The position numbers and the translations under genes are program-made. A model generated the notes under the pieces. The model saw only the letters and a list, made by a program, of their open reading frames with translations. It had not been told where the DNA came from and did not search any database. From Methanobacteriota archaeon (GTDB taxonomy: Archaea > Halobacteriota > Bog-38 > Methanoflorentales > Methanoflorentaceae), in assembly GCA_963720465.1 (NCBI GenBank), contig OY970393.1, forward strand, positions 1,248,001-1,312,000: a DNA stretch of 64,000 bases, in the 5' to 3' direction. Numbering within the stretch: the first letter of the stretch is position 1; each line of letters begins with the position of its first letter. Of the stretch, positions 11,193-23,199 are shown piece by piece.

Positions 11193-11604
11193 TCACGCTA
11201 GGGCCCAAATCCTCCAGTCGCCAGCGCGTCTGCAATGACTTTCGCAATGAGTGCCGCGAAGGGCGCTTTGTATCGAAAGGCGATGAGCGGCGGTTGCCCA
11301 GGGTCCAAGAAACGGTTCATTGGAGATCGCAAACGGCTTTTTGGTACCGAGTGTACCAATGAGCTGCGAGAGAAGAACGTCGCCCGGATCGAAGCGCGTT
11401 GCAGACCCTAAGAGGTCGATCGAACGACTGCCCCTGTCAGCTGGGTGCATCACATCGCTGAGCGCTTTACATCGCCACGCGTGAGATATCCGTTGTTCCC
11501 CCAAAAACGATCGCGTCCAGGAAAAAGGGGAGCATGCTTATCGTGCTACTGACGCTATCTCCTCGTCACGCTCAAAACAACTCAGGTTGTAGAAGGGGAT
11601 TTAG

Positions 11605-12042
11605 ATGACCGTTGAGGAAAACAAACGACTGATGCAAACGTTGGATGATGCGTGGAACGGCCAGGACTGGGACACGTTCAACAAACGGCACGCCGAAAAC
11701 GTCGCCGTGTACTGGCCGGGTCAGCCCGAAGCGACGAGAGGACAAAATGCGCACCAAGAAGAAGCTGAGCAATTCTTCAAGACCTTTCCAGACAATCGTG
11801 TGGGGAACCGCCCATATAAGGTGCTCTTTGGTGAGGGCGAATGGACGTGTTCGGTGGCTAATTTCACCGGCACGATGACGGGCCCCGTGGCAGGCCCTGA
11901 TGGGAAGACCATTCAACCTACAAACAAGAAATTCCAAGTCGAGTTTTGCACGGTCGCCCACTGGAATGAGAAGGGTGAGATCACTGAAGAGAAGCTCTTC
12001 TACGATTTAGTCGGGCTAATGCGACAGCTTGGCCTCACGTGA
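11605..12042 (+). CDS. SnoaL-like ester cyclase / NTF2-like protein
   Basis: EENKRLM...FTGTMTGP...PTNKKFQVEFCTVAHW...EEKLFYD. Confidence 0.85.
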   Translation: MTVEENKRLMQTLDDAWNGQDWDTFNKRHAENVAVYWPGQPEATRGQNAHQEEAEQFFKTFPDNRVGNRPYKVLFGEGEWTCSVANFTGTMTGPVAGPDGKTIQPTNKKFQVEFCTVAHWNEKGEITEEKLFYDLVGLMRQLGLT

Positions 12043-12146
12043 GGTTACGTCATATAAATAACGAAATTTCACCACGCGACGTGCTAAAAAAAAGGCCGCT
12101 CTAGCGGCTCCGCCAGAAGTTCTGTCCGTTTGATAACGGGGAGTCG

Positions 12147-12950
12147 TTGAGGGAGAATCATTCCACAGAGCCACTGCCTACACTATTTGTGTCACACGGT
12201 GCCCCCACACTGCCTCTAGAGGACGTTCCGGCGCGACAGTTCCTAGCTACGCTTGGCAGCTGGTACAGGTACGTGCACGCAGGTACTATGCGTATCTGCC
12301 CACTGGAATACGTCACGGCCTGCGATTAACGCCGTAGAAGCGCCCGAAACGATCCATGATTTTTACGGGTTCCCCGCTGAACTCTACCGGCAGCGTTATG
12401 ATGCGCGCGGTTCACCTGACCTTGCCGGGCGGGTGGCTGATCGTGTTCGCGGCGCTGGCTTAAGCTGCGACCTTGACCGCCATCGTGGCCTTGACCACGG
12501 CGCACGGGCCCGCTAATACTCATGTTTCCCGACGCGGACATCCCAGTCGTGCAGCTCTCCATCCAGCGCCGCTTAGACCCCGCACAGCACGTGGTGCTTG
12601 GTGCAGCCATTGCAACGCTGCGGGATGGCGGCGTTGTTATTCTCGGCAGCGGTGGCGCCGTCCACCCGCTTGGCTACGCGGCGGCGTCGCTAGGCGAAGG
12701 TGCGGCCAGCGATGGATGGGGGCCCACGAATTCAGCGGCTGGCTGACCGACTCGGTGACCCCGGGCGACCGCGTCTGCCTTGTGACGTATCGGGAGCGAT
12801 GCCCGTATGCTGAACGTGCTCACCCGCACCCCGATCACTTCATGCCACTTCTTGTAGCGTTTGGGGGCTGCAGGAGACGAGGCGCGGCACGGTCCTCCAC
12901 CACAGCTGGTATGGACCGACTTGGGCATGGATGCGTATGCGTTTGATGCT
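12147..12950 (+). pseudogene. DODA/LigB-type extradiol dioxygenase, multiple frameshifts
   Basis: [63 protein letters not shown] spread over at least four frame segments. Confidence 0.85.
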
Positions 12951-13139
12951 GATCGACCGCGACGCGCCTGGCGCCGTTCTTCGATCAACGCTCGAACTTT
13001 AGAGCACTCCGTATATTCTGAGCACAATAAGCACCAAAGCCACGGCGCCCCACCACTTTATCAGATCATCGAGCGAAGGCTTCACAGCTTTACGGTACCC
13101 GCCACAGGCAAAAAAGATGTTGCACGCGAAGCGCCGTCA

Positions 13140-15184
13140 TTAATGCGCGAAGGTGAGCACCCGAAACGCAATCCCGCCAGCGATGAGCGCCAAAACGATG
13201 GTGAAGATCGAGATCCCCACCGCCCACCGCGCGTTCAGCTCCCGTGCTATGACACCAAACGTCGCAAGGCACGGAACGTAGAGGGTGACGACAAGGCAGA
13301 ACACGAATATCTGAACAGGTGTCATCACTGTGCTAAAAATGAACGTTCCCGACGCGATGGCAAGCATTTCCACGGCCATCTCCTTTCTCAGCACCCCGTA
13401 GATAAGGCAGATGGCCGTGAAGGCAGGAAGTCCCAGAATACCGACGGTGATCGGCGCCATCGGCGCCTCGATGAATTGGCTCAGGCCGGTTACTTCCAGC
13501 CATCCGAACACGATACTCCCTACGATGAGCAGGGGCACGGCGATGTAAAGAAACTCCTTCATCCGCAGCCACGTCTTCTTAAGGATCGGGACGATCGCCG
13601 GCCGCCTGATCAGCGGAATTTCGAGCACGAGCCCCGCCGTCCTTCCTGGGACAGTTGATCGCAGCAGCCTCCCGGAGGCGATAATGAGCACAAATGAGAT
13701 GAGGTAGATAGCAAGCGCGTACTGGATTCCAGCGTAGGTCGCCGCCACGCCGAGGATGATCGCGGTGCGCGCCGAGCACGGAATCATCGTGATGAGGGCG
13801 GTGGTGATTATCCGCTCCTTTCTCGTGGGAAGCGCCCGTGTCGCCATTATCGCGGGCACGCTGCAGCCGTAACCAAAGAGGAGGGGAATGATCGATCTGC
13901 CGCGCAGGCCGAGGATGTGCGCCTGCCTGTCGAGCAACACCGCTACCCGTGGGAGGTAGCCCACGTCTTCGAGGATCGCCAAGAAAATGAAGAAGACCAT
14001 GATGTAAGGAACGGCGATGGCAAGCGCCGCAGCTATGGCGAGCAGCGCGGAGTGGACGGCGGACGTGATGAACACATTGGCAACGTGTGCATCAACGATC
14101 CCAAAGACGGGCGGGAAAACAATTCCCTCAAAGAACGCGGAGATGAGATCGCTTAAGTAGCCTCCCACGAAAAAGATGAGCGCCAGCATGCCGCCGATGA
14201 GCCCGACGAGCAGGGGTACCCCGTCCGCGGGCGCGTCGCCATGTCGCCGAACTTCTCTGCGAGTGTCGGCTTGTGTACCTTCTTCACCAGCACTGCACTC
14301 GCGATGAGGTCGGCAGTCGAATAGCGCCCCCGTGCGATGGTTATAGCGACATCTTCGCCGTGGGCGCGCTGTACCTGCTCCCTGAACTCTTTGACGCGCG
14401 CGAGCGTGTGCTCATCCACGCGCGATTCGAAGTCCTTATCGCCCTCAAGGAGCCGCGCCGCAAACCCCCGTTTGGGGATGCCCGTTTCGGGAAGTAGTGG
14501 AATGATCGCCGCTAACGCGCGTTCGACGTGGTCGTCATAGCTCACCTGACGGGGCGCCCATTTCAAAGGCCGTTCGGCGTAGTGATAGGCAGTTTCGAGC
14601 GTCGCATGCACCCCTTGGCCCTGGGTAGCGATGGTCGGCAACACTCGCGCCCCAAGCTCGCTTTCAAGGTCGGCGACGTCGATGTCAAGGTCGAGCGTCT
14701 TTAAGAGATCGACCTGGTTAAGGGCCACGACGACGGGCAGGCCGAGCTCAAGCATTTGCAGCGTAAGATAGAGGTTCCGCTCAAGCCGCGTGGCGTCAAC
14801 GATATCGATGACCGCCTCCAGGGGGGTGCTGAGCAGAAATTCCTTTGTTGCGGCCTCATCTTCGGTAACGGCCGTGATGGAATAAACCCCGGGGAGATCG
14901 TAAATAAGGAGTTTATGTCCGTTTACTTGCGACAACCCCTTTTGCACCATCACCGTTGTCTGTGGGATGTTGGAGACAATGACGCTCACTCCGGTCATCT
15001 GACTAAACATCGCGCTTTTCCCAGCAGAGGGATTACCCATCAGCGCGAACCGCTTCGCTGCCGTGTCCTGCGTTTTTGAAAGCGATGGCGTCTCCGGCAC
15101 AGGTGGGCATAATGCACCCATGGTTGGTTCTGCCGCCTTCGGCGCGGCCTTCCACAGTTTCAAAAACGAGGGGATCTTTGGCAT
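13140..15184 (-). pseudogene. feoB: ferrous iron transporter FeoB, split by 1-nt frameshift
   Basis: GNPSAGKS, DLPGVYS, DATRLERNLYL in 14153..15184; GYLPR, GYGCSVPA, PCSAR, YVPCLAT in 13140..14189. One C is missing in a C-run at about 14215, likely a sequencing slip. Confidence 0.9.
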
Positions 15185-15255
15185 GCTAGTGGTCGCTAAC
15201 GGCTCCGCTCTATTGTTAACGAGTCTGCGCGTCGCACATTACACGGCGATACGCG

Positions 15256-15981
15256 TTAGCCTAGGGTAACGTGAGCTGGTGCCCTTTTCGCTTTTTCTCG
15301 TCTTCCTTTTTCTTTCTCGACTTCCGGACTCACGAGAAGAGATTCCGCAACGTCCCTGCCAAGCGCGATTTGTGTGTCCTTCATCTCGATGACAATAGGG
15401 CCGTGGGCGATCTTCCGCAACACTTTCACGCGGAGTCCCGGAATGAGGCCGAGCGAGCACAGCCGGCTGATCGTCTCGGGTTCGGGAGACGTCAAGAAAC
15501 GTATCATGTACGTCCCCTTCCCCATCTCAGACAGCTTTGAGACCTCCGTTTCGTCCCCTTTCTCGCCTGCTGGTATGGCGCTTCCGCCGGGACACGTCGC
15601 AGGGTGGCCCAGCTGCGTGGAGAGGTTATCGATCGCCTTATCTGAGATAACGTGCTCGATCTCGCACGCCTGCTCGTGGGACTCGTGTTTATCGATCCCA
15701 CAGATATCCACCAGGAAGCGCTCAAGCAGCCGATGCTTACGCTTCACTTTCGTGGCGATCTTAAGTCCCGCCTCGGTGAGCGTTGCGCCGCGGTAGGGGG
15801 TGTAGTCTACGAACCCCTTTTCGCTCAATTTCTTGAGCATTTCGGTGACGCTTGCGTCTCGCACGCCGAGGCAGGCCGCCAAATCTCCGGTGGTAGCGGC
15901 TCGCGCGCTCCCTTCCTGTTTGGTGTAAATGGCTTCGAGATACTCCTCTTCCGAGGGGCTCAGCTCGTGTTTCTGTGACAT
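15256..15981 (-). CDS. DtxR/MntR-family metal-dependent repressor with C-terminal FeoA domain
   Basis: SEEEYLEAIY, SVTEMLKKL, RKHRLLERFL, EIEHVIS; FeoA-like RLCSLGLIPG...GPIVI. Confidence 0.93.
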   Translation of the reverse strand: MSQKHELSPSEEEYLEAIYTKQEGSARAATTGDLAACLGVRDASVTEMLKKLSEKGFVDYTPYRGATLTEAGLKIATKVKRKHRLLERFLVDICGIDKHESHEQACEIEHVISDKAIDNLSTQLGHPATCPGGSAIPAGEKGDETEVSKLSEMGKGTYMIRFLTSPEPETISRLCSLGLIPGLRVKVLRKIAHGPIVIEMKDTQIALGRDVAESLLVSPEVEKEKGRREKAKRAPAHVTLG

Positions 15982-15998
15982 GTTTCTCTATGTAATAT

Positions 15999-16012
15999 TT
16001 AGGTTAACCTAA
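15999..16012. promoter_or_regulatory. DtxR/SirR-type operator TTAGGTTAACCTAA
   Basis: Perfect 14-bp palindrome between the minus-strand TATA box (TTTATATA, 16013-16020) and the regulator start codon. Confidence 0.85.
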
Positions 16013-16177
16013 TATATAAAATTTAGGGGGACCGAAACTGCTCTGACGCGGGTTGGCGATTGCACGTTCACGCTCACAAACGAGCTGGGCCCCCAGCGGC
16101 GCACCAATTCGTCAACTATATTACGGGAACGCGCCATTTCCTGCAAGCAGGTCGTTGAACGCTACGCGAGGGACACA

Positions 16178-16765
16178 GTGCTAAGCAGACTCAAAGGCTC
16201 AGTCGATCGACTCCTCGCGGGGCCAGCGAATCTCCTCGTTAATTTGGGCGTCACCCCCAATATGCTCACCCTCGCCGGCCTTGCGACCGGCGTCGTCGCT
16301 GGCATCGTTCTTGCCCTCGGGTTCTTCACCGCGGGCGGCGTTCTGATCCTGATCACCGGCTTCGTCGACACGCTCGACGGCGCCGTGGCACGCAACCGAC
16401 GCGCCACGACAACCTTCGGCGCGACATTCGATTCCATATCTGACCGCTACGTCGATTGTATCGTGTTGCTCGGTCTTGGCATCGCTGGAGTCAACTGGGT
16501 CTACGTCGGCGTCGCCATTATGGGCTCCCTTCTCGTGAGCTACGTGCGTGCGAAGGCTGAAGGAATGGGATTCCATTGCACCGCTGGCGTCGCAGAGCGA
16601 AGTGAGCGTCTCATCATCCTCGCGATAGGGCTACTCGTTGGCTTGGCTGAGCCAGCAGTGCTTCTTGTTGCAATCCTCGCACAATTCACTGCACTGTGGC
16701 GGGTGGGCCTGCTGCTTAGGCGAGCGAGCGAAAGGCGGACTTCACGCGTTCCGCTAACAAAATAA
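16178..16765 (+). CDS. CDP-alcohol phosphatidyltransferase (archaetidylinositol phosphate synthase-like)
   Basis: TPNMLT, DTLDGAVAR...FGATFDSISDRYVD, SYVRAKAE. Confidence 0.9.
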   Translation: MLSRLKGSVDRLLAGPANLLVNLGVTPNMLTLAGLATGVVAGIVLALGFFTAGGVLILITGFVDTLDGAVARNRRATTTFGATFDSISDRYVDCIVLLGLGIAGVNWVYVGVAIMGSLLVSYVRAKAEGMGFHCTAGVAERSERLIILAIGLLVGLAEPAVLLVAILAQFTALWRVGLLLRRASERRTSRVPLTK

Positions 16766-17075
16766 TCCGCCTCAAACAGTCAAGGGTAGCGTAAGCTATT
16801 CGTTAGGCTTAAGCTGTCTTCAGATGCTTGGACATCGTATGGAATCAAAACAAGTAGCCGTGCCTGTGCTTTTGCTTGCGATTCCTTCGTTGTCCGCGGG
16901 TTGCTCACGGTTATTGGCCGGAATCGCAGAACACGCCGTCCAATGCAACTACGAAAGTTGAAAGTAGCCGCAACCTCAGCGTCAGCGTGGAGGCACGAGG
17001 AGAGCGGAGCGCTACCGCATAAGCCGGTTCGTTTCAAACAGCGCGAGTCAAGGCTACAAGCTGGCTCACGTCTCT

Positions 17076-17234
17076 TCAAAGCAAATTCAGCCACGTGAGA
17101 AGCCACAATAGAAAAGTGACTAGTATAACGACCGAAACAAATATGGCCAGCTTGAGTAAAGGCGGATTCTGGGGATTAGTAAGCTTGCTGAGGAATCGCC
17201 CCGCATCCACTGTGGTTGATGTTTTTTTAGGCAT
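17076..17234 (-). CDS. small putative membrane protein
   Basis: 52-aa ORF with a C-terminal hydrophobic helix; no family recognised. Confidence 0.35.
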   Translation of the reverse strand: MPKKTSTTVDAGRFLSKLTNPQNPPLLKLAIFVSVVILVTFLLWLLTWLNLL

Positions 17235-17414
17235 ATCGTCGAAGAACGGGTGCACGAGCCGGATCCGCGCGGGGCGTTTGACATAGACGCCGCGTTGAAG
17301 TCGGACCATAAACTAACCCGCGGCGACATCGAAACGCTGGTATCACGAAGCGTCTGCAGGACAGCGCTCTGAGACGCTGAGTTAGTCAACGCTCAAATTG
17401 AATGACAGTGTGAC

Positions 17415-17996
17415 TTAACCCTTTATCAGTTTGATCCCGATGTTCGTCCCCATCGCTAAGTCATACCCAAGTGAGATGAGTAACATTCCCATCGGCTCAA
17501 GATAACGCGCGCTTCTCAGTGTGCCCACGTCAATCGGGTCGAAGCCTATGTCTGCCGCGAGCTGCATGACGACCCGTTTTGCCGTTTCGTCATCTCCGGC
17601 GACGAACGCGGACAGCTGCTCAGTACCTACCGTTGCGGTGCTCTGATTCTGTGCGAATACGGTGTTGAAGGCCTTGACGACTCTCGCGTCTGGCAGCGCT
17701 TTTTGGATCTCTTCGGCGGACGAAGTGGAGAACCCGATCGCCAGCTCCATTCCCGGTCCTAACGCGTTGGTAACGTCGACCAACACCTTCCCGTCTGCCG
17801 CGGAGCCGATTTCTGCAGTCACCTCAGGGACCGCGAGGAAGGGAACCGCGAGCACGACGGTCTCACCCCATTCGGCCGCCTCACGCACAGGCTCTTTGGG
17901 ATCCCGGTGCCCGAACCGTATTTCGTGCCCGGCACGCCGCCACCCGGTGCTAAGCGCCGTCCCTACGTTTCCTTTTCCTATCATCGCTATTTTCAT
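17415..17996 (-). CDS. NADPH-dependent F420 reductase family (F420_oxidored)
   Basis: MKIAMIGKGNVG, VDVTNAL, VVKAFNTV, GFDPIDVG..ARYLEPM. Confidence 0.88.
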   Translation of the reverse strand: MKIAMIGKGNVGTALSTGWRRAGHEIRFGHRDPKEPVREAAEWGETVVLAVPFLAVPEVTAEIGSAADGKVLVDVTNALGPGMELAIGFSTSSAEEIQKALPDARVVKAFNTVFAQNQSTATVGTEQLSAFVAGDDETAKRVVMQLAADIGFDPIDVGTLRSARYLEPMGMLLISLGYDLAMGTNIGIKLIKG

Positions 17997-18851
17997 TGTA
18001 TGCACTCGATGACGAAACTATTTATACGGTTCCCGCTCAAAATGGAGCGCTTCGCGGGCGATATCCGTTCATGAGCGAGCGTGCTAATTAATAATCCTAG
18101 AAGGAATCATTGCATGTTGGTGGCAAGGCGGCACCATAACACCGTCGATACCACGGTTCTCAACCGTCAAGAATGAAGGGAAGGCCTCCCTTGCTCGACA
18201 ACGAAGCGCCTTCGTAACGGAAAATGTTTCTCTCTGTTTTTAGCCTCGATGCGACGTCTGCTGCGTGCCCACTTTCTTCTTGGTTAGAGGACCCTAGACA
18301 CGAACGGGATCTTCAGCGCGAGCTCCCAAAGCGGGTGGTGCTTCCTTGGCATTCCAGACTTCTGCGTATCAAGAATCCCTCGCTGGAAGATGTCCACAAG
18401 GACGAGTTTGATCGCACGGTAAAGAGCGAGGGTCAGTTGCTCGATGCATTCGCACCTGAATCCTCCTGATAATCCGTCGCAACTGCTGGCGCGCGCTGTT
18501 AGGTAGTCAGGCATCGTGCACGCGGTCCCGCAGGTATTGATAAGATTCCCAACTGGTCAAGCATTTCCGGAAAAAGTTTTTCTGTGACCACTGAAGCGAA
18601 GTCGTTTTTATTGCCCACTGTCTGTAAGAACTTGACTACTTCAATCCAATCTTTGCATCGATGTACTAGCGTTAACCTCGTCAATTAGCTAACCGAGAAG
18701 GAGCATGAAAATAATCCGACGCACGAAAGTGCCAAATCTGTCGCAACTGTCCGCAAAGCTTGTTGAAAAAGTAGAAAGACTTATCTCTGTATCCCGTTTT
18801 TTTTAGCGATCAAACATAGTGAATCCTTCTGAGACAATTAAGAGGTAACTC

Positions 18852-19319
18852 ATGAAAAACGCAAAGAAAGAAACAAGTCGCAATCAGCAAAAGCCCGACC
18901 AGCGCGCGGACAAGGCGGACGGGGAAAGCGCCGTGCTCGCGGCGATCGAAGCGATGCCGGGACCGGATCGCGCCGTGGGCGAGCGGCTCCATGCAATCAT
19001 CAAAGCCAGCGCCCCAGCCCTCTCACCGAAACTCTGGTACGGGATGCCCGCCTATGCCAAGGACGGTAAGGTCATCTGCTTCTTCCGCAGCGGGCAGAAG
19101 TTCAAAGAGAGGTACATGACGCTCGGCTTTAACAACGAGGCGAACCTCGACGAAGGCCACATGTGGCCGATCGCCTTCGCGCTAAAGGAATTGACTGCCG
19201 CCGAAGAGGCAATGATCGGCGCGCTCGTGAAGAAAGCGGTAAGCTCAGGACTAAGTTCGCCACTGGGCAAGTTCTTGAGCATAACGCTCAGCGTTTGGCT
19301 GCTGAGCGCGCGAGACTGA
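18852..19319 (+). CDS. DUF1801 (YdhG-like) protein
   Basis: [25 protein letters not shown]...[11 protein letters not shown]. Confidence 0.8.
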   Translation: MKNAKKETSRNQQKPDQRADKADGESAVLAAIEAMPGPDRAVGERLHAIIKASAPALSPKLWYGMPAYAKDGKVICFFRSGQKFKERYMTLGFNNEANLDEGHMWPIAFALKELTAAEEAMIGALVKKAVSSGLSSPLGKFLSITLSVWLLSARD

Positions 19320-19380
19320 AGTGCGTGCATCTTCGATAACGCAACCACTTTAAATATGGCGTAAAAACAACGAACACACT

Positions 19381-19785
19381 ATGTCACTTGAAGACAACAA
19401 AGCGGTCATTCGACGCCTTTAGGACGCCTTCAACACTGTCGATTTGAAGGCGATAGATGAAGTGCTCGCTGCCGATGTCGTTGACGTCCTCCCCCTTCAG
19501 GGGCAAGCCTCCGGCGTTGAAGGATTTAAGGAACGCCTTGTCAGGCTCCGTAAGAGCTTTTCGGACCTCAGCTTCACGATCGAGACTATTATTGCCGAAG
19601 GAGACATGATCGCAGAGCGATCGACGTTGCGTGGCACACACTCTGGCACGTTTATGGGCGTCCCAGCGACAGGCAAACAGGCCAGAGGCACTATGATGGC
19701 CTTCAACAAGTTCGCCAATGGCAAGGTCGTGGAGAGAGGGCGCATCATTAATGTGTTTGGTCTGGTGCGACAAATCCAGAGCTAA
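19381..19785 (+). pseudogene. SnoaL-like ester cyclase with in-frame TAG at codon 14
   Basis: MSLEDNKAVIRRL*DAFNTVDLKAIDEV...IAEGDMI...GTHSGTFMGVPATGK; TAG at 19420-19422. Confidence 0.8.
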
Positions 19786-19907
19786 CAAAAAAAGTTTGTG
19801 CAGCGCGATGGAAGACGGGTCGAATTTTGTTTGGAAAATCCCGACAGCGTGCCCAACTTGACATGCGGTTCAATTAAGGGCAACTCTAGCAGCATTAGAG
19901 GATTTAG

Positions 19908-20798
19908 GTGAGCAACCGAAAATACGAGATGGGTTCAGTCATCTCTAAGGACGGGACTGCGATAGGGTATCGCCAGATGGGCGATGGCCCGGGCGTTATT
20001 CTTTTTCACGGAGGGGCCAATGCCTCACAGAGTTATTCGAAGCTCGGCGCTGGTCTATCGGATGCGTTCACCGTATATATTCCTGATAGGCGCGGCCGCG
20101 GTCTGAGTGGGCCATTTGGTGACAATTATAGCATGCGCAGAGAAGTTGAAGACGTGGATACGCTTCTAACCGAGACTGGGGCGCACAACGTCTTCGGGCT
20201 GAGCTCTGGCGGCCTCATCGCATTGCAAGCCGCGCTCGAGCTGCCGTCTGTCCACAAAGCCGTCGTAAACGAACCACCGCTTGACGTCGACAACTCAATA
20301 ATAACGATGCTGCAGTCCTTTATGCCGCGGTTTGACCGAGAGATGGCCGATGGCAAGGTAGCAGAGGCGACCGTCACCCTCCTGAAAGATTTTGGGGCCC
20401 TGTTTTTGCGCCGGTCACTACAACCTATGATCGAAATCGCCCCGCGCTCTGTGCTGGTGTGGCTTTTCAGGCAAATCCTGCGGCGCGATGCAGAGAGCGT
20501 CAAGGGCGACGATGTGCCGCTCCAAGAGCTCATCCCGACATTCCACTTTGATTATGAGCTCGTTGTCGAAATGCAGGGAACTCTTGAGTCCTTCAAGGCA
20601 GTGCCCGCGGACGTGCTGTTGCTCGGCGCCAGCAAAAGCCCAGCCTTTTTGAAGAACACGCTGGACGCTTTGGAGAATGTCATTTCAAACGTCCGTCGCG
20701 TTGAATTGCAAGGCTTTAGCCATGCAGCAGCACTCGACGACGGCAAGCCAGAACGTGTCGCGCAGGAGCTACTGACGTTTTTCCGAGATCAAGAATGA
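19908..20798 (+). CDS. alpha/beta hydrolase
   Basis: SKDGTAIGY, FHGG, DRRGRGLS, nucleophile elbow GLSSGG. Confidence 0.9.
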   Translation: MSNRKYEMGSVISKDGTAIGYRQMGDGPGVILFHGGANASQSYSKLGAGLSDAFTVYIPDRRGRGLSGPFGDNYSMRREVEDVDTLLTETGAHNVFGLSSGGLIALQAALELPSVHKAVVNEPPLDVDNSIITMLQSFMPRFDREMADGKVAEATVTLLKDFGALFLRRSLQPMIEIAPRSVLVWLFRQILRRDAESVKGDDVPLQELIPTFHFDYELVVEMQGTLESFKAVPADVLLLGASKSPAFLKNTLDALENVISNVRRVELQGFSHAAALDDGKPERVAQELLTFFRDQE

Positions 20799-21664
20799 AG
20801 AACCCAATAAGACACGTCCAGACGTGAAAGAGTTGGAAAAAGAGGCAAACGCGCGTCGAAGACATTGTGCTGAGTTTTGGGCGACAATTTTTATGAGCAA
20901 GCTCACGGCGCACGTGCGACGTCTACATCGCGTTTTCCCTTCCAGACAACGTTGTACCGGCCCAGTTCGTTTACGAATCGACGAATCCCGCAATAATTGT
21001 CACGCTAACCTAATCCTCTTCGGAGAATGCGTTGCCGACAGCGAGTCTTAGCTGGTCTGCCTAAGCTGCTGAGCCGCGAACGCGATAAAAAGGCCTCGAT
21101 GAAGCGTATTGAACCGTCAAAGTTGATTGTCAGGACTCAAAATAAAAAGATCACATGTGGATGAATCCGGGCGCATGACTATACCTAGTCGTTTAGGCGG
21201 TTATCTTGCGTCGCTCGGAGTCTGAGTCGCATTAGCAAGTAGCGAGGTGTTGACGTGGCTATACCGTGGCTTTGGATTGTTGTAGGCATCGCTTACGTGG
21301 TACCTGTGATAGTCGAGTGGTGTTCGGCGTCACACATAGAAACCATCGATGTAAAACTCATAAAAAGCACGCGCCTTATGGGCTCAGGTGCGTCATAGCG
21401 TGGTACGCAACTTTATTATAAGCCGTGGCGAATAAAAACGCCACGCCAATATCCGGTCGCCGCCTTTATATAGGCAGTCGCTCAAGGGTAAATTAACGGT
21501 AAAAGCAGGCCGCAGAAACTTGGACAAAGGACGCGGCCTGCTGCCACTAAGTACGGCATAGAAGAATATCGGACTAGGTTTATATAAAGTTGGATGGTCT
21601 TCTTCGCCTTTCTATGTGGCCTTTCCATGAGCGCTGCTGTTAAACGGCGGCGTAAAGAGGTAAC

Positions 21665-22315
21665 ATGACGAAAGTAAAAGATAAAGAAAGATTCCTTGAG
21701 CTGCGCGCTCAGGGAGACTCGTTGAGGACGATCGAAAAGAAGATCGGCACCTCACGGCATACGTTGGCTAAATGGGAGGGCGAATGTAAAGAACAGATCG
21801 AGAACCTCAGAGCGATCTACGTTGACGGCCTTCGTGAGGAGTATAGACTCACGATGCAGGCGCGGATCAAAGGATTCGGCCTCTTGCTGAAGCGCGCTAC
21901 AGACGAGTTGGCGCGACGTGACCTATCGGACGTCTCAACGCTTAAACTCGCTGATCTGGCGCTTAAGCTGGATGCCCACCTTACCGCTATCATGGCCGCG
22001 CCATCGATCACTGATGATGCGGGGCTGGCAGCACGCAAGGCCGATCGAAACCTTGTCGAATCACTCGTCACGCCCTACGCAACGGCCCAACACGCGTCAC
22101 CGAACGGAGACCGCGGGCACGTCAACGCCGACGCCCTTGTGCGCCTCCAGGTCCGCACCCTGCAGCGGTTTGAGGCCGGCGAAATCGACAGCGCCGCGGC
22201 AAGCCGAGCGATCGCCATCATCAATTCGATCTACAAGGGGATTGAAGTAGCAGACACGCAAGAGCGGTTTGACGCGCTCGAGCGCGTGCTCGCGGGCCAG
22301 CCGGCGACGATGTGA
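21665..22315 (+). CDS. N-terminal HTH protein, mobile-element-like
   Basis: FLELRAQGDSLRTIEKKIGTSRHTLAKWE helix-turn-helix; SD GAGG upstream. Confidence 0.7.
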   Translation: MTKVKDKERFLELRAQGDSLRTIEKKIGTSRHTLAKWEGECKEQIENLRAIYVDGLREEYRLTMQARIKGFGLLLKRATDELARRDLSDVSTLKLADLALKLDAHLTAIMAAPSITDDAGLAARKADRNLVESLVTPYATAQHASPNGDRGHVNADALVRLQVRTLQRFEAGEIDSAAASRAIAIINSIYKGIEVADTQERFDALERVLAGQPATM

Positions 22316-22326
22316 GGGGGTATCAC

Positions 22327-23199
22327 ATGGCCCAAAGCGACAAACGCAAGGTTCGTGCTTTAATCAGCAAGGCGGATAGTCATCAGCAGGGAGTTCTTCT
22401 CGCTAATCATTACGCCGAGCACTGGCTACGAAGGACCCCGCTGCTCATGAGCGGCGAGATAGCTGACATCGCGCGGCAGATGCGGCCAGACGCGACTCGT
22501 TACAAGGGCAAGGATTCCGCCCGAAGCCACAACAGCGAGGAGATCGCCCACATGCTGCAGGCAGAATACAATCTATGCTTCTGCCTTAGTGATGCAAAGG
22601 TCGCCTACCTCGAGGTGATGCAAAGCCTCACCGTTTTGGACAGCCATTTGACGGTTATAGCTATGAATCACTTCGCCAAAAAGGGGCTCCGCCAAGCTGA
22701 CGCGGCGTTGAACAAGGAAGTGGTCGAAGAGCTGCGACACTGGGGAGGCGACGAGCTCGCGGCGCTTGGTGAAAGGTCGTTAGAAAAAAGCGACAGCGCG
22801 ATAGGTGCTGACGAAGACGCGCCTGATCGGCGTGTCGCCCCCAGCTGTGAGGTCATCGAGCTCGCGAAAAAGCAGGTGGCGCACCTAAAGGCGTTGCTTC
22901 AAGTGATGCGGGATGCGATGGAGAGCTACGCGATGCCAATACTCGTCTTTAACGAAAGGATTGATTGGTACGAACAGCACGTGCGCGAGTTTATCCGAGG
23001 GACGAAGAGGATATTTTACGACGCGCTTTTTCCGGAATGGGAAACAGAAAAGGCCAGCATCTTGCAGCGCGGTGACCAATACGCGTTGATGCTGGAATGT
23101 CTACCTGACTACGACGACGTGCCCTTCGATGATGCGGTGTACAATGACGTCTGGTCGTTCGTAAAAAGTCAAACGCTCGGCTTCACTCACCCGTCGTGA
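22327..23199 (+). CDS. hypothetical protein, probably co-transcribed with the HTH gene
   Basis: 290-aa open frame starting 11 nt after the upstream stop, with SD-like GAGGGGG. Confidence 0.65.
   Translation: MAQSDKRKVRALISKADSHQQGVLLANHYAEHWLRRTPLLMSGEIADIARQMRPDATRYKGKDSARSHNSEEIAHMLQAEYNLCFCLSDAKVAYLEVMQSLTVLDSHLTVIAMNHFAKKGLRQADAALNKEVVEELRHWGGDELAALGERSLEKSDSAIGADEDAPDRRVAPSCEVIELAKKQVAHLKALLQVMRDAMESYAMPILVFNERIDWYEQHVREFIRGTKRIFYDALFPEWETEKASILQRGDQYALMLECLPDYDDVPFDDAVYNDVWSFVKSQTLGFTHPS

Noticed and set aside
12861-13658. Long ORFs such as 12861..13658, 7408..8148, 42184..42831 and the 5' extensions of 8543..9781 and 43688..44965
   Set aside because: Antisense or out-of-frame shadows of recognised genes in GC-rich DNA.
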